Counted from the first letter of the stretch, positions 19,779 through 28,222 are shown. The stretch: 64,000 nt of DNA from Candidatus Bruticola sp. (GCA_051874735.1 JBJEGD010000040.1:26438-90437), one strand, 5' to 3'. Numbers and translations are program-made. Notes: generated by a model from the letters alone, not told the origin.

Positions 19779-20915
19779 TTATAGAGTAGTGTGTCCGGAT
19801 AAGCTACTTAGAGAAGCGCTTAGTACTAAATCTGCCAAAGTTACGGCCAGCATAGCTTCAACTGCAGGTACAGCCCGTATGGCCACACAGGGATCATGGC
19901 GCCCTTTTATACTGATTTTGCAGGGCTGTAAATCTGTATTTAAAGTTTCCTGTTCTATTCCTATACTCGGAGTGGGCTTGAATGACACGCGGCCCCAAAT
20001 TATTCCTCCTGCAGATATGCCGCCCCAAATACCTCCCTGACGGTACGTTTTGGACACAACGCGGCCATGGCATTCTGTCAGCGTGTCGTTAGCTTCAATA
20101 CCGCTCATAGAACTCATTTTAAAACCTTCGCCTATTTCTACTCCTTTAGCTGCAGGCAGTGAAATAAGAGCGGAAGCAAGTCGGGCGTCTAATCTGTCAA
20201 ATACCGGATCGCCTATTCCCGGAGGTAGCCCGCGCACCACAAATACTAAAGAGGCTCCCCAAGAGTTTTGTTCTTGGCGGGCCTGATCCAAAAGCTTTTG
20301 CAGCTGTGGTTCGGCTTGGTGGTCGGGGCAGCGAGTCCAGCTTGAGTCTATCTCCTGGCGGCTTAAGTTATTTAAATAATCTTCAAACTGTCCTTTTTGG
20401 TACTCAATTTTGTAAGGCCCTAGCCGTTCCAGCCAGACAGCGATACTAAAATTTTGCTCTCCGCCGTTATTGGGGAGCCATTGGCGCAGCATTTGCTCAG
20501 CTAAAGAACCAGCTATAACTCGACCTATAGTCTCTCTGCCGCTTGAGCGTCCGCCTCCGCGCCAGTCCCGCCAACCGTATTTAGCTTGCCAAGTGTAGTC
20601 TCCGTGAGAGGGACGGTAAACGGAAGCTAATTCTTTATAATCGTGGGAGCGCTGTCCTTGATTGCGCACTATAGCTGCAATAGGGGTGCCTAAGGCTTTT
20701 CCTTCGAATACACCTGAAAGAATTTCCACACGATCACTTTCCTGGCGCGCTGTAGTATTTATTTGGCCAGGTCTTCTTCTGTTCAGCCATTGCTGTATTT
20801 CTTCTAAATTAATCATGGTTTGGGCCGGCATACCGTCAACGACGACTCCGCAAGCCGGCCCGTGCGATTCTCCAAAAGTAGCAACTTGAAATATTTTTCC
20901 CAAAATACTGCTCAT
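19779..20915 (-). CDS. aroC: Chorismate synthase
   Basis: 'TFGESHG', 'RRRPG', 'RPSHGD', 'GGGRSSGRET', 'AKGVEIG', 'FKPTPSI', 'GRHDPC'. Confidence 0.97.
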   Translation of the reverse strand: MSSILGKIFQVATFGESHGPACGVVVDGMPAQTMINLEEIQQWLNRRRPGQINTTARQESDRVEILSGVFEGKALGTPIAAIVRNQGQRSHDYKELASVYRPSHGDYTWQAKYGWRDWRGGGRSSGRETIGRVIAGSLAEQMLRQWLPNNGGEQNFSIAVWLERLGPYKIEYQKGQFEDYLNNLSRQEIDSSWTRCPDHQAEPQLQKLLDQARQEQNSWGASLVFVVRGLPPGIGDPVFDRLDARLASALISLPAAKGVEIGEGFKMSSMSGIEANDTLTECHGRVVSKTYRQGGIWGGISAGGIIWGRVSFKPTPSIGIEQETLNTDLQPCKISIKGRHDPCVAIRAVPAVEAMLAVTLADLVLSASLSSLSGHTTL

Positions 20916-21143
20916 TTTGTACTCTCTTTTGTATAAATATTGTCAGACTTAAGGTCGTTTTCGTTTGTTTGTGGTTAGGGTTCCTTTGCCTTTTTGTTTT
21001 TTTTATCGGGGCAGGAAGGCAGCCGTTAGGAGTGAACTTTGTAAGTCTGGGCGGATAGGTATGCTCTGTGAAATTTTTGATATAACACCTGAAATAGTTT
21101 GCTATTTCGGTTTTTTATGATTTCTAAGAGGTTATAGACGGCA

Positions 21144-21581
21144 GTGACTAAACAAAAAGAGAATTTACCTGTAGGTTTTTTGATTACGGTACTTAGTGAT
21201 GACGAGCGCCGCTTGTGTGCTTTAGAAGTGCGGTGCGCCGATGAATCTCAGAAAATTGAGGAGTTAAGAGAACTTGCCGGTCTGGCTTGTAAAACAGCTT
21301 TGACTAATTCTGACATAATGTACCTAGATCGCAGGCATATTCCTTGGGAAGAAGTTCGTCGTCGTGAGCGCAGTTTTACTGCCAGTGTTTCTAGTGAATG
21401 TTCCGATTACTCGAAAATAGAGGAACAGGTGCTTTCTCTTATGGGCAAATGGTACGGGGAAGTTTGCCTTATGGAGCACGAACTTAAAGGCAAAGGTAAT
21501 TTTGGGTTGCTTTTGGCTAGGTTAAATAGAGAACACAGTTTGAAAGCTGCTTTTACTAATCTTGTTATAGTGCAGTCCTGA
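21144..21581 (+). CDS. Hypothetical protein
   Basis: 145-aa ORF with GAGG upstream of the GTG; no motif recognised. Confidence 0.5.
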   Translation: MTKQKENLPVGFLITVLSDDERRLCALEVRCADESQKIEELRELAGLACKTALTNSDIMYLDRRHIPWEEVRRRERSFTASVSSECSDYSKIEEQVLSLMGKWYGEVCLMEHELKGKGNFGLLLARLNREHSLKAAFTNLVIVQS

Positions 21582-21681
21582 GGCTAAGCCTAGAATTTAT
21601 CTAGAATTTTTGTCAGATTGGGTGGCAGGCCGACTGCTTTGTTCGTAATGGCTGTTTATTGAAGTTTTGTTGCTTTTTTTA

Positions 21682-21710
21682 TTGTCTGTTGGCTACCCAT
21701 TTGATAAAAT
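21682..21710 (+). promoter_or_regulatory. Putative sigma70 promoter with extended -10
   Basis: TTGTCT (21682-21687), 17 nt ending in TGA, TAAAAT (21705-21710). Confidence 0.55.
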
Positions 21711-21954
21711 AATTACACGATACCGTGCGGCACGCGGAGAACTCTGTTGAGTCATTTTTGCAGGTTAATTCGGCGTTTTCCGTTTTCCGTTTTTAGTCGG
21801 CGAGTGTTTAGTTCTTATCCTCTATCTCAGAGGACAAGTTCTGCCCGGCAGCGTTGTCTTCTAAAGCGGACTTCCGTCTTCGTTAGGTAGTTCCTGAGGG
21901 TCGTGCAGTTCCATTGGCGCGGTGTTTTAATTTTTTAGAAGGGCGTTTTACAAA

Positions 21955-22554
21955 ATGTCTATCAATTCCGTTAACTCTTTTGCTAGTACTTACAGTGCGT
22001 CCGCTCCTGTATACAGCAAGGAGCAGACCAATGGCGAAGCTGTTGCAGTTCAAGCAGAACCGCAGGAAATGTTCGCTCTAAGCGAAGAAAGCAGCGATCC
22101 CATTGCTCAAAAGCCTAGCTTTGCTACTCGTGCCGTTCGCAATGTAGCCGGTGTGGTAACTGGAGCTATTGGGGCTGCTGCTGGAGCCACTAAGGGTGGC
22201 TTAGTTGGTGCTGCTGAAGGCAAAGTGAGCTTATCTCACGATGCTAAAATTGTTCTGCAAACTATTGGTGCTTCTGCCGGTTTAGTGGCCGGCTTGGCTA
22301 TTACTGGTGCTGTCGGTGGTCCGGTTGCTCTGGTGGGTGGTTTGATTGCCGGTCCTTTAGTCGGATCAATGGCTGGTGGTGCTGTAGGTGGTGCTGTTGA
22401 GGGGCTCGGTTCTGCTTTGGTCGGTGCCGGCCCTGGTGCTGTCAGAGGTGCTAAGAAAGGCTTCGACATCGGTCGTACCGTAATCGACAAGATTGTAGCC
22501 AAAGATACTCCTGCTCCTCAAAATGACAATCAAACAAAGTCTCTCGGTGAGTAG
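21955..22554 (+). CDS. Glycine-zipper (GxxxG repeat) protein with Ser/Asn-rich N-terminus
   Basis: Long G/A/V-rich runs 'AGVVTGAIGAAAGATKGGLVG' and 'GGLIAGPLVGSMAGGAVGGAVEG'; has its own terminator. Confidence 0.75.
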   Translation: MSINSVNSFASTYSASAPVYSKEQTNGEAVAVQAEPQEMFALSEESSDPIAQKPSFATRAVRNVAGVVTGAIGAAAGATKGGLVGAAEGKVSLSHDAKIVLQTIGASAGLVAGLAITGAVGGPVALVGGLIAGPLVGSMAGGAVGGAVEGLGSALVGAGPGAVRGAKKGFDIGRTVIDKIVAKDTPAPQNDNQTKSLGE

Positions 22555-22587
22555 AGCAGTTTAATTTACCTTTTTTTCTATAAATTG

Positions 22588-22623
22588 AAGGGGCCCCCGC
22601 CTGAATAAGGCGGGGGCCTCTTT
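22588..22623. terminator. GC-rich terminator hairpin between convergent genes
   Basis: GGCCCCCGCCT-GAATA-AGGCGGGGGCC, 11-bp perfect stem. Confidence 0.8.
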
Positions 22624-22665
22624 AGTTGGGTTAGAGTACAGAACTATAGTTTTGCGACGTGCAGC

Positions 22666-24480
22666 TCATTCAGTTGTATCGATTGCTTCAAGCTTGTCTT
22701 TTAAAACTTTAATAAATTGTTTTTCATCGGTATGCAGGTTCAAACTGCAGGCCTTATTGAACATGTTCAAGCTTTGGGCAATATCATTTCTTTCCAAGTA
22801 AAGCTGCCCCAAAACCAAATAAGGGTATCCATCCTGCGGAGCTTCTGAGGCTAAAGATTTTAAGGATTGCTGTAGAGAAGCGCTGCGTTCCGATTTAAAA
22901 GCTCCGCGAAGCCACTGAATTTTTAATAAATAACTGTTGGGCAATTTGTTGGCTAAAAGAGCCGCTGTGTCGTCTAGTTCGTACCAAAGACGCTGGTCGC
23001 TGCAGAATTGGCAGATTGCTTCTGCCATGAAATTGGGCATAGCGTAAGAAGATAAGCTTTGCAGCTGGCAGGCCGCTCGGGGGCTCTGAATAGTAAATAT
23101 GTACAAGAATGCTCGGGCTTCGATAACGTCTGGATGACGTTGAGGCAGCTTACTGAGCCAAAATTCAGCGGCCTGCCAGTCATATTTAAACATAGCTTGC
23201 CAGGCCTGTAACATTTTGGCTGCCGGTTCTTCCATCAGGCTTAGGTCTTTTGTTTCTTCGACGGTGAAATGGTGCTGGCGAATCCAAAATTTGGCCCTGC
23301 TTATATTCTGAGGATTGGCTTGTATTTGCTGCTTTATTTGCTTCCAATCTTGAGATGAGGAGTCGCCTGGCACAGGTTGTGGGGATGGTTGGATATTTTT
23401 TAAAGCTGAAGCTAGATCGAGTCGGCTTCGTGATCCGTTTAGACAGCTTTTGTAAGTTAGCATTTTATGATTAACCTTAAGTTTTAAGGCTTCAGAATCT
23501 AAAAGAAATTTTTGAGTTTTGGTTTGAACTTGTTTAATAATATTGGCAGTTGGTTCTTCTGAAGCTTTGACTCCTTTGCTATCGTCACCTATATACCAGA
23601 CTACTAAATTCGGATCTGTTTTAGCAAAGCAACTTTGGCGGGTATAAGAATATCGCCCTTGAGCTGAATCGACGGGTACATATCCCAAAGTAGGACAAAA
23701 AACTTCACACCAGGAGTGGGTTAAGGGCTCTCGAGGTTGGGATGTGCTTAACAGCAGACCTCCGCTTATTCTCACTTTAAATCCGTTTAACTGTAGCAGC
23801 TTGGCAGTAAGTATGGCAGCGTCTGAACATTGCAGACGGCGATCTTTTAACATAGAGGCAAAAGATGTTTTAGCTTTTTCTGAACCATAATTAAAGTTAG
23901 TGCGCATAAAATCGTAAACAGATAGCAATTTATAAAGATCAGTCTTTTGGCTACCCGCAGCTTGGGAAGCTAATTTATGCAGCATTTCTTCTTCTTCAGA
24001 CGAAGTTGCTGTTAAAATTTCATGCCAATAATCCGCTTGAAAGACTCGGCGCTCTGAATTTTGTTGAGCAGCTGCTTCCCAATCTTGCAAGCTGAAATTG
24101 TAAACTAAGGCCTCATTTTCCACAACAGCCTGTTGACTGATCGTAAAAAATTGCCCAGGTTGTATGGTGAGCTTATTGTAATGGGCATAAGTATTGCCAA
24201 ATTCATCGCGGCTTTGGCTATCTGGTTCAGGAGTTAGGCGGAAATCGGTAATTTTTTGTCTGTAAGGCCTATTTTGCAATAGGGGAACTTTTAAAGAGAC
24301 TAGGCAAGTATAATTGTGCAAATTTTGGTAGCTTACATCGAGAGTAAGACGGCGTTTAATGCTCTCACAGTCTTCTACAGACGGCATGGGTTGAGCTGTC
24401 GATAGGTTGCAACTCTGGCGGCAGCCAGCCAAACTAACTAAGGCAATTACAATTAAGGCCGAAAACAATTTATGAATCAT
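22666..24480 (-). CDS. Transglutaminase-like lipoprotein with C-terminal TPR-like helices
   Basis: Lipobox 'SLAGC'; 'DEFGNTYAHY'; catalytic triad in 'LQCSD', 'HSWCEV', 'VPVD'; TPR-like 'YLVLGQLYLERNDIAQSLNMFNKA'. Confidence 0.8.
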   Translation of the reverse strand: MIHKLFSALIVIALVSLAGCRQSCNLSTAQPMPSVEDCESIKRRLTLDVSYQNLHNYTCLVSLKVPLLQNRPYRQKITDFRLTPEPDSQSRDEFGNTYAHYNKLTIQPGQFFTISQQAVVENEALVYNFSLQDWEAAAQQNSERRVFQADYWHEILTATSSEEEEMLHKLASQAAGSQKTDLYKLLSVYDFMRTNFNYGSEKAKTSFASMLKDRRLQCSDAAILTAKLLQLNGFKVRISGGLLLSTSQPREPLTHSWCEVFCPTLGYVPVDSAQGRYSYTRQSCFAKTDPNLVVWYIGDDSKGVKASEEPTANIIKQVQTKTQKFLLDSEALKLKVNHKMLTYKSCLNGSRSRLDLASALKNIQPSPQPVPGDSSSQDWKQIKQQIQANPQNISRAKFWIRQHHFTVEETKDLSLMEEPAAKMLQAWQAMFKYDWQAAEFWLSKLPQRHPDVIEARAFLYIFTIQSPRAACQLQSLSSYAMPNFMAEAICQFCSDQRLWYELDDTAALLANKLPNSYLLKIQWLRGAFKSERSASLQQSLKSLASEAPQDGYPYLVLGQLYLERNDIAQSLNMFNKACSLNLHTDEKQFIKVLKDKLEAIDTTE

Positions 24481-24604
24481 TGTTTATTTGTTCTTATGTT
24501 TAAGATTGTTTTACAGTTTAACATAAAAGGCCGCAATTTTGACAAAATTAGAGGAAGAGGAGGGCTTTGAGCTGAAAGTGGGGCTCGTTTCTGGAGGGAT
24601 AATT

Positions 24605-25489
24605 GTGAAATATTATTGTTATTCTGCTGTAATATCTGTGCTTTGGGCGGTAGCAACCGTCTGTCTTCCCTCGCTAGCTGCCAACGAAGATTCTTTATCA
24701 GTGAATCCGACTAGCAAAAGTCATACTGGTGTGGATACTGTCACTATTTCTAAAGTTACACCTCGCACTTCAGCCGATATTCCTCAGAATTGTCAGTTGC
24801 CCGTGGTGCTGCTAGCTGATTATCAGCTGCAATCGTCCAGTAGCGGCTTAATAAAAACTAGAGCCTTCATCTGGTCGCCTAAGGATAAGGGCAGCTCTAG
24901 TTATAAAAAGGGGCTGCGTCCTATTTCTGCAGTGATGCAGGCAGCCGTAAAAAAAGGCAGTGGAAGTGTGAAAGTTTCTTTCCCTCCTTTGGCTATGCCT
25001 GTTAAAGCAGATCCTCAAACTCAGTTAGTTGTGGTTTCTAGCTTACAGAACAGTGCTCATAAAGAAATTGCTTGGGGAAGTAGCTACAATTTTGTGCGCG
25101 GTTCTATGATGTTGACTAAGACCGCTGACAAAAGTCCGCGTTCCGCTATCACCGTTTTAGACTTCTCGCCTAAAGTCGGCACTCTAACTGTAGGCAAAAC
25201 TCAGGAATTTACTTACAAGTTTCAATACAGCCTTAAAGAACAAGATTACGGTTTTGTTAACTTCGAATTGAAAAATGCTCTGGACAGTTTTGAAACTAGC
25301 CCTTGGTACTGTGCAGCTGTACCAGTTCCTAAAGGAGCAGGAGTTGTAAAGTACGTTTCAGGTAGATACTTTTTCCCGTACATGTACAAATTCTATAAGA
25401 TGCGTTTGGGCGTTCTTTATCGCACTGAACCTTTGGGAGGTACTGTTGATGCGCTATTTTACGGGGATTGGCAGCTTGCTTCTAACTAG
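24605..25489 (+). CDS. Secreted protein with two tandem beta-rich repeats
   Basis: GGAGGG RBS before in-frame GTG 24605; signal peptide 'ISVLWAVATVCLPSLAA'; internal duplication visible. Confidence 0.65.
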   Translation: MKYYCYSAVISVLWAVATVCLPSLAANEDSLSVNPTSKSHTGVDTVTISKVTPRTSADIPQNCQLPVVLLADYQLQSSSSGLIKTRAFIWSPKDKGSSSYKKGLRPISAVMQAAVKKGSGSVKVSFPPLAMPVKADPQTQLVVVSSLQNSAHKEIAWGSSYNFVRGSMMLTKTADKSPRSAITVLDFSPKVGTLTVGKTQEFTYKFQYSLKEQDYGFVNFELKNALDSFETSPWYCAAVPVPKGAGVVKYVSGRYFFPYMYKFYKMRLGVLYRTEPLGGTVDALFYGDWQLASN

Positions 25490-25566
25490 AATATATTGAA
25501 ATTTAATTTTGCTTTTGTTACTATGAACACAGATATATCTTTCTTTGTATTTTGGGAGGAAAGAGC

Positions 25567-26217
25567 ATGAACATAGCCTTCGTTTTAAATTCAGCCGTGC
25601 TTTCTGCTACTTGGTCCTCATTCAGAGATCGCGCCGAACGAAAAGGTGAGGGCAGTGCTTGTCAGCTCGACGGTGGAATTTTGCTGAATGTAGCTGCCGA
25701 AAGGGCTCTTTCTAAAGAAATTAAGGCCGCCGAACAATTAAAATATTCCGATTTAGTTCTTCCTGAGACTAACTTCCATGTTCAGTCTGTCAATTTGGTT
25801 CCTTCAATGCGTTCCAGAGTTAGCAAGGCTTTGCGCAATTTGGTAGATGGTTTTGAGCTGCCTCTGGTGCGTCGCAGTTTCGTCTGGTCTGGTTGTTTTG
25901 CGATGCTGGCTTCCGTAATTCTGAGCGGCAGTCAGCCAGTCAGTGCTGAAACTATTCCTGTTTGCTCTAAGACCGCTGTTCAGTCTGTCAGCCCCGTTCA
26001 AGGGCTGCTGGCAGCCACCGAGGTCGATCCTGTCAATCATGCTCTGCGTTTAGGCAGTGCTTGGGGATCCTACGCTGATTCGGATAGTAGCCATACAAAT
26101 ATCCCTGCTCAGCATATAAATATACCTAACGGGCAGCACAGCAACAGTGCTCATCTTCCATTAGGCAGCAAAGGACACACTCCTCAGGTTCCTCCTGTGA
26201 CTGGGGCCGGAGTGTAG
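25567..26217 (+). CDS. His-x-Asn repeat protein A (candidate RiPP precursor 1)
   Basis: GGGAGG RBS before ATG 25567; internal 'RRSFVW...ASVILSGSQPVSA' signal-like segment; C-terminal HTN, HIN, HSN. Confidence 0.6.
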   Translation: MNIAFVLNSAVLSATWSSFRDRAERKGEGSACQLDGGILLNVAAERALSKEIKAAEQLKYSDLVLPETNFHVQSVNLVPSMRSRVSKALRNLVDGFELPLVRRSFVWSGCFAMLASVILSGSQPVSAETIPVCSKTAVQSVSPVQGLLAATEVDPVNHALRLGSAWGSYADSDSSHTNIPAQHINIPNGQHSNSAHLPLGSKGHTPQVPPVTGAGV

Positions 26218-26284
26218 TTTAGCAACTGATACTAAAGAGAACAGCAGGCTAGTGCAGCCGCTCCATTTCAGAAAGGCTATTTTT

Positions 26285-26842
26285 ATGAGACGATACAGAG
26301 TTGCCTTAGAAAAAGGGACTGAGCTAAATAAAGAGTCGGAATATCTTTTAGAAAACAGAAACCAAGCGGTTAAAGTTAATTTGCTTTCCCGGTTAGGTTC
26401 AGATAGCTCTAGTTTTGAGCTGTCTTTAATATCTTCTAAATATTCTAAGTTGGCTGCTTGTGCTGCGGCAGTAGGGGCTGTTATAGCTGGCCCCGTTCTG
26501 CCTGCTCAGGCTTCTTCTTTGGTAGGGCTGCCTAGCGCTTCTGCCCAAGTGGTTTCTCTGCAGGAGTGTTTTGCTTGTTCAGCTTTAAGTTCTTGCGGAA
26601 AAGAGATTATTTTAGACAGCGCTGTTAAGATTGAATCCCCTGATAATCTGCAGATCGCCCAAGCTAGCTATCATACTAACGGCTCTACCCATGTAAATAA
26701 AACGCCAGTTCCGCATACTAATACTGCTTGGAGCAACCATAGCAACACCGGTGGGCACTCTAATGGCGACTGGGCCAACCATGGCAATACCGCTTCTGGT
26801 ACTGGACACGTAAATTTGGTGCACGGCGACTTCTTATTCTAA
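26285..26842 (+). CDS. His-x-Asn/Trp-x-Asn repeat protein B (candidate RiPP precursor 2)
   Basis: GAAAGG before ATG 26285; internal 'KLAACAAAVGAVIAGPVLPAQA' signal-like segment; last 56 aa contain 7 HxN, 2 WxN and 1 HxD triplets. Confidence 0.7.
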   Translation: MRRYRVALEKGTELNKESEYLLENRNQAVKVNLLSRLGSDSSSFELSLISSKYSKLAACAAAVGAVIAGPVLPAQASSLVGLPSASAQVVSLQECFACSALSSCGKEIILDSAVKIESPDNLQIAQASYHTNGSTHVNKTPVPHTNTAWSNHSNTGGHSNGDWANHGNTASGTGHVNLVHGDFLF

Positions 26843-26870
26843 GCTTAAACTCTTCAACTTTTGTGTCTCA

Positions 26871-26906
26871 GGCTCGGCTCATTGTATGGCTGAGCCGCCT
26901 TTTTTT
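26871..26906 (+). terminator. Terminator/attenuator hairpin between the precursor genes and the SPASM gene
   Basis: GGCTCGGC-N10-GCTGAGCC (one G-U pair) followed by GCC and T7. Confidence 0.6.
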
Positions 26907-26970
26907 CAGCCTCTTTAATCTGCCTTCCCATATTTGTTAAGGTTGATGCAGAGGCCGCGGAGGTTTTGTT

Positions 26971-28176
26971 ATGCTCAATCTGGTTGCTCCAGTAAGCTGC
27001 AACATTATTTTAGCGTCTGAAGCTTGTACGGCTGCTGATACGCTCAGTTTTCAAGAGTGGTCGGCTATTTTAGACCAGCTTGGAGCAGCTAATGAGTTTC
27101 GAGTTTACGGTTTTGAGAGATGGTTTTCTCTTAGACAAGAAGTCGGCGAAACAGCAGAAAATGTTCTGTCTTGGTGGAATAGACTGGATAGTTGCCAAAA
27201 GTGTTTTCACGTCTATTTTGACGGTTCAGTTGCTCTGGAGAAATTTCCCAGCAGTCTATGGGCTGCTCTCTTAAATTGTTCTTATTTAGGAAGCGTAGTA
27301 TTTTGTTTTTCCGGTCAGCGTGCCTTAGCGGAAGAACCAGGCTGGACGCTCCTGGAAAATGCTGCCGCCGCTGGTTTCGATACTGAAGTGTCTATTTTGT
27401 TAACTGAATACAGCGCTTTATCTATTGAAGAGCTTACTAATGAAGCCCTCGACGGTGGGGCGTCGCTAGTTATTTTTGAGCGCTTATCTCCTGCTGAGAG
27501 TGGAGAACTCTCTTTAGAGAGCTTGCGCCGCAGTGCTGAACAAATTAAGGAGCTGCGCCAGCTCGGTGTAGAGGTGGCTATGAGCGGATGCTTCCCGAAT
27601 TGCTTTAGCAAAGGCGATATACCTTCTTGTTTAGCTGGTACGGTTAGTTGTGCTATTACTCCCGACGGGATGCTTCGTCCCTGTCGTTATGTCGACAGTT
27701 CAGGCTGCTTAAGTTTAGTGCACAACAGTTTGACTGCCGCTTGGCGCAGCGATGCTTTTATAAATTGGCGCCGTATTAGTTCCGAGAGTTGTCAGCAGTG
27801 CAATAAATGCAATCTCTGTCCTGGAGGTTGCCTGCTTTATGCTTACAAGAGCGGCGGCCAAGATAAAGATCCTCTGATTTCAGAAACTGAGACGGAGGAG
27901 ACTATTTTACAAGAAGTTACTTTGGAAGATGAACTTTGCCCAGTGCCTTGTTACAACATAAGGGCTGAGGAGTTCGGTTGGTTGTTGATGCGCGGATCTC
28001 GAGTAGTTCCTGTCAGTCCTAAGGCTGCGTCAGTTTTGGCCCGTTTCGATGGTAGAACTACGCTTGGCCAGATAGAAGAAGAATTCGGATCGGGAGCTTT
28101 GTCATTTATTTACTCGCTGTATGTGCGCGGTTTTGTTGAATTTAAAGATATGGTGGCGCTGGGTGAGGACAGCTGA
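26971..28176 (+). CDS. Radical-SAM-fold/SPASM protein with degenerate SAM cluster motif and C-terminal PqqD/RRE-like domain
   Basis: GGAGG RBS; 'LSFQEW..ILDQL' helix; SPASM 'CLAG..SCAITPDG.LRPC...CQQCNKCNLCPGGC'; winged-helix tail 'ASVLARFDGRTTLGQI...FIYSLYVRGFV'. No CxxxCxxC in the N-terminal region. Confidence 0.8.
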   Translation: MLNLVAPVSCNIILASEACTAADTLSFQEWSAILDQLGAANEFRVYGFERWFSLRQEVGETAENVLSWWNRLDSCQKCFHVYFDGSVALEKFPSSLWAALLNCSYLGSVVFCFSGQRALAEEPGWTLLENAAAAGFDTEVSILLTEYSALSIEELTNEALDGGASLVIFERLSPAESGELSLESLRRSAEQIKELRQLGVEVAMSGCFPNCFSKGDIPSCLAGTVSCAITPDGMLRPCRYVDSSGCLSLVHNSLTAAWRSDAFINWRRISSESCQQCNKCNLCPGGCLLYAYKSGGQDKDPLISETETEETILQEVTLEDELCPVPCYNIRAEEFGWLLMRGSRVVPVSPKAASVLARFDGRTTLGQIEEEFGSGALSFIYSLYVRGFVEFKDMVALGEDS

Positions 28177-28222
28177 TCCTATTAGTTTTTTTAATTAAGT
28201 TAGACTGAACGGGGAGCTAAAA

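Noticed and set aside
25552-26842. The two HxN ORFs as one frameshifted gene
   Set aside because: Each has its own RBS, its own signal-like segment and its own His-rich end; better explained as tandem paralogue-like genes.
26971-28176. Calling the SPASM protein PqqE, or a pseudogene
   Set aside because: No pqq genes nearby and no SAM cluster motif, so not PqqE. The ORF is intact with all SPASM cysteines, so not evidently decayed.
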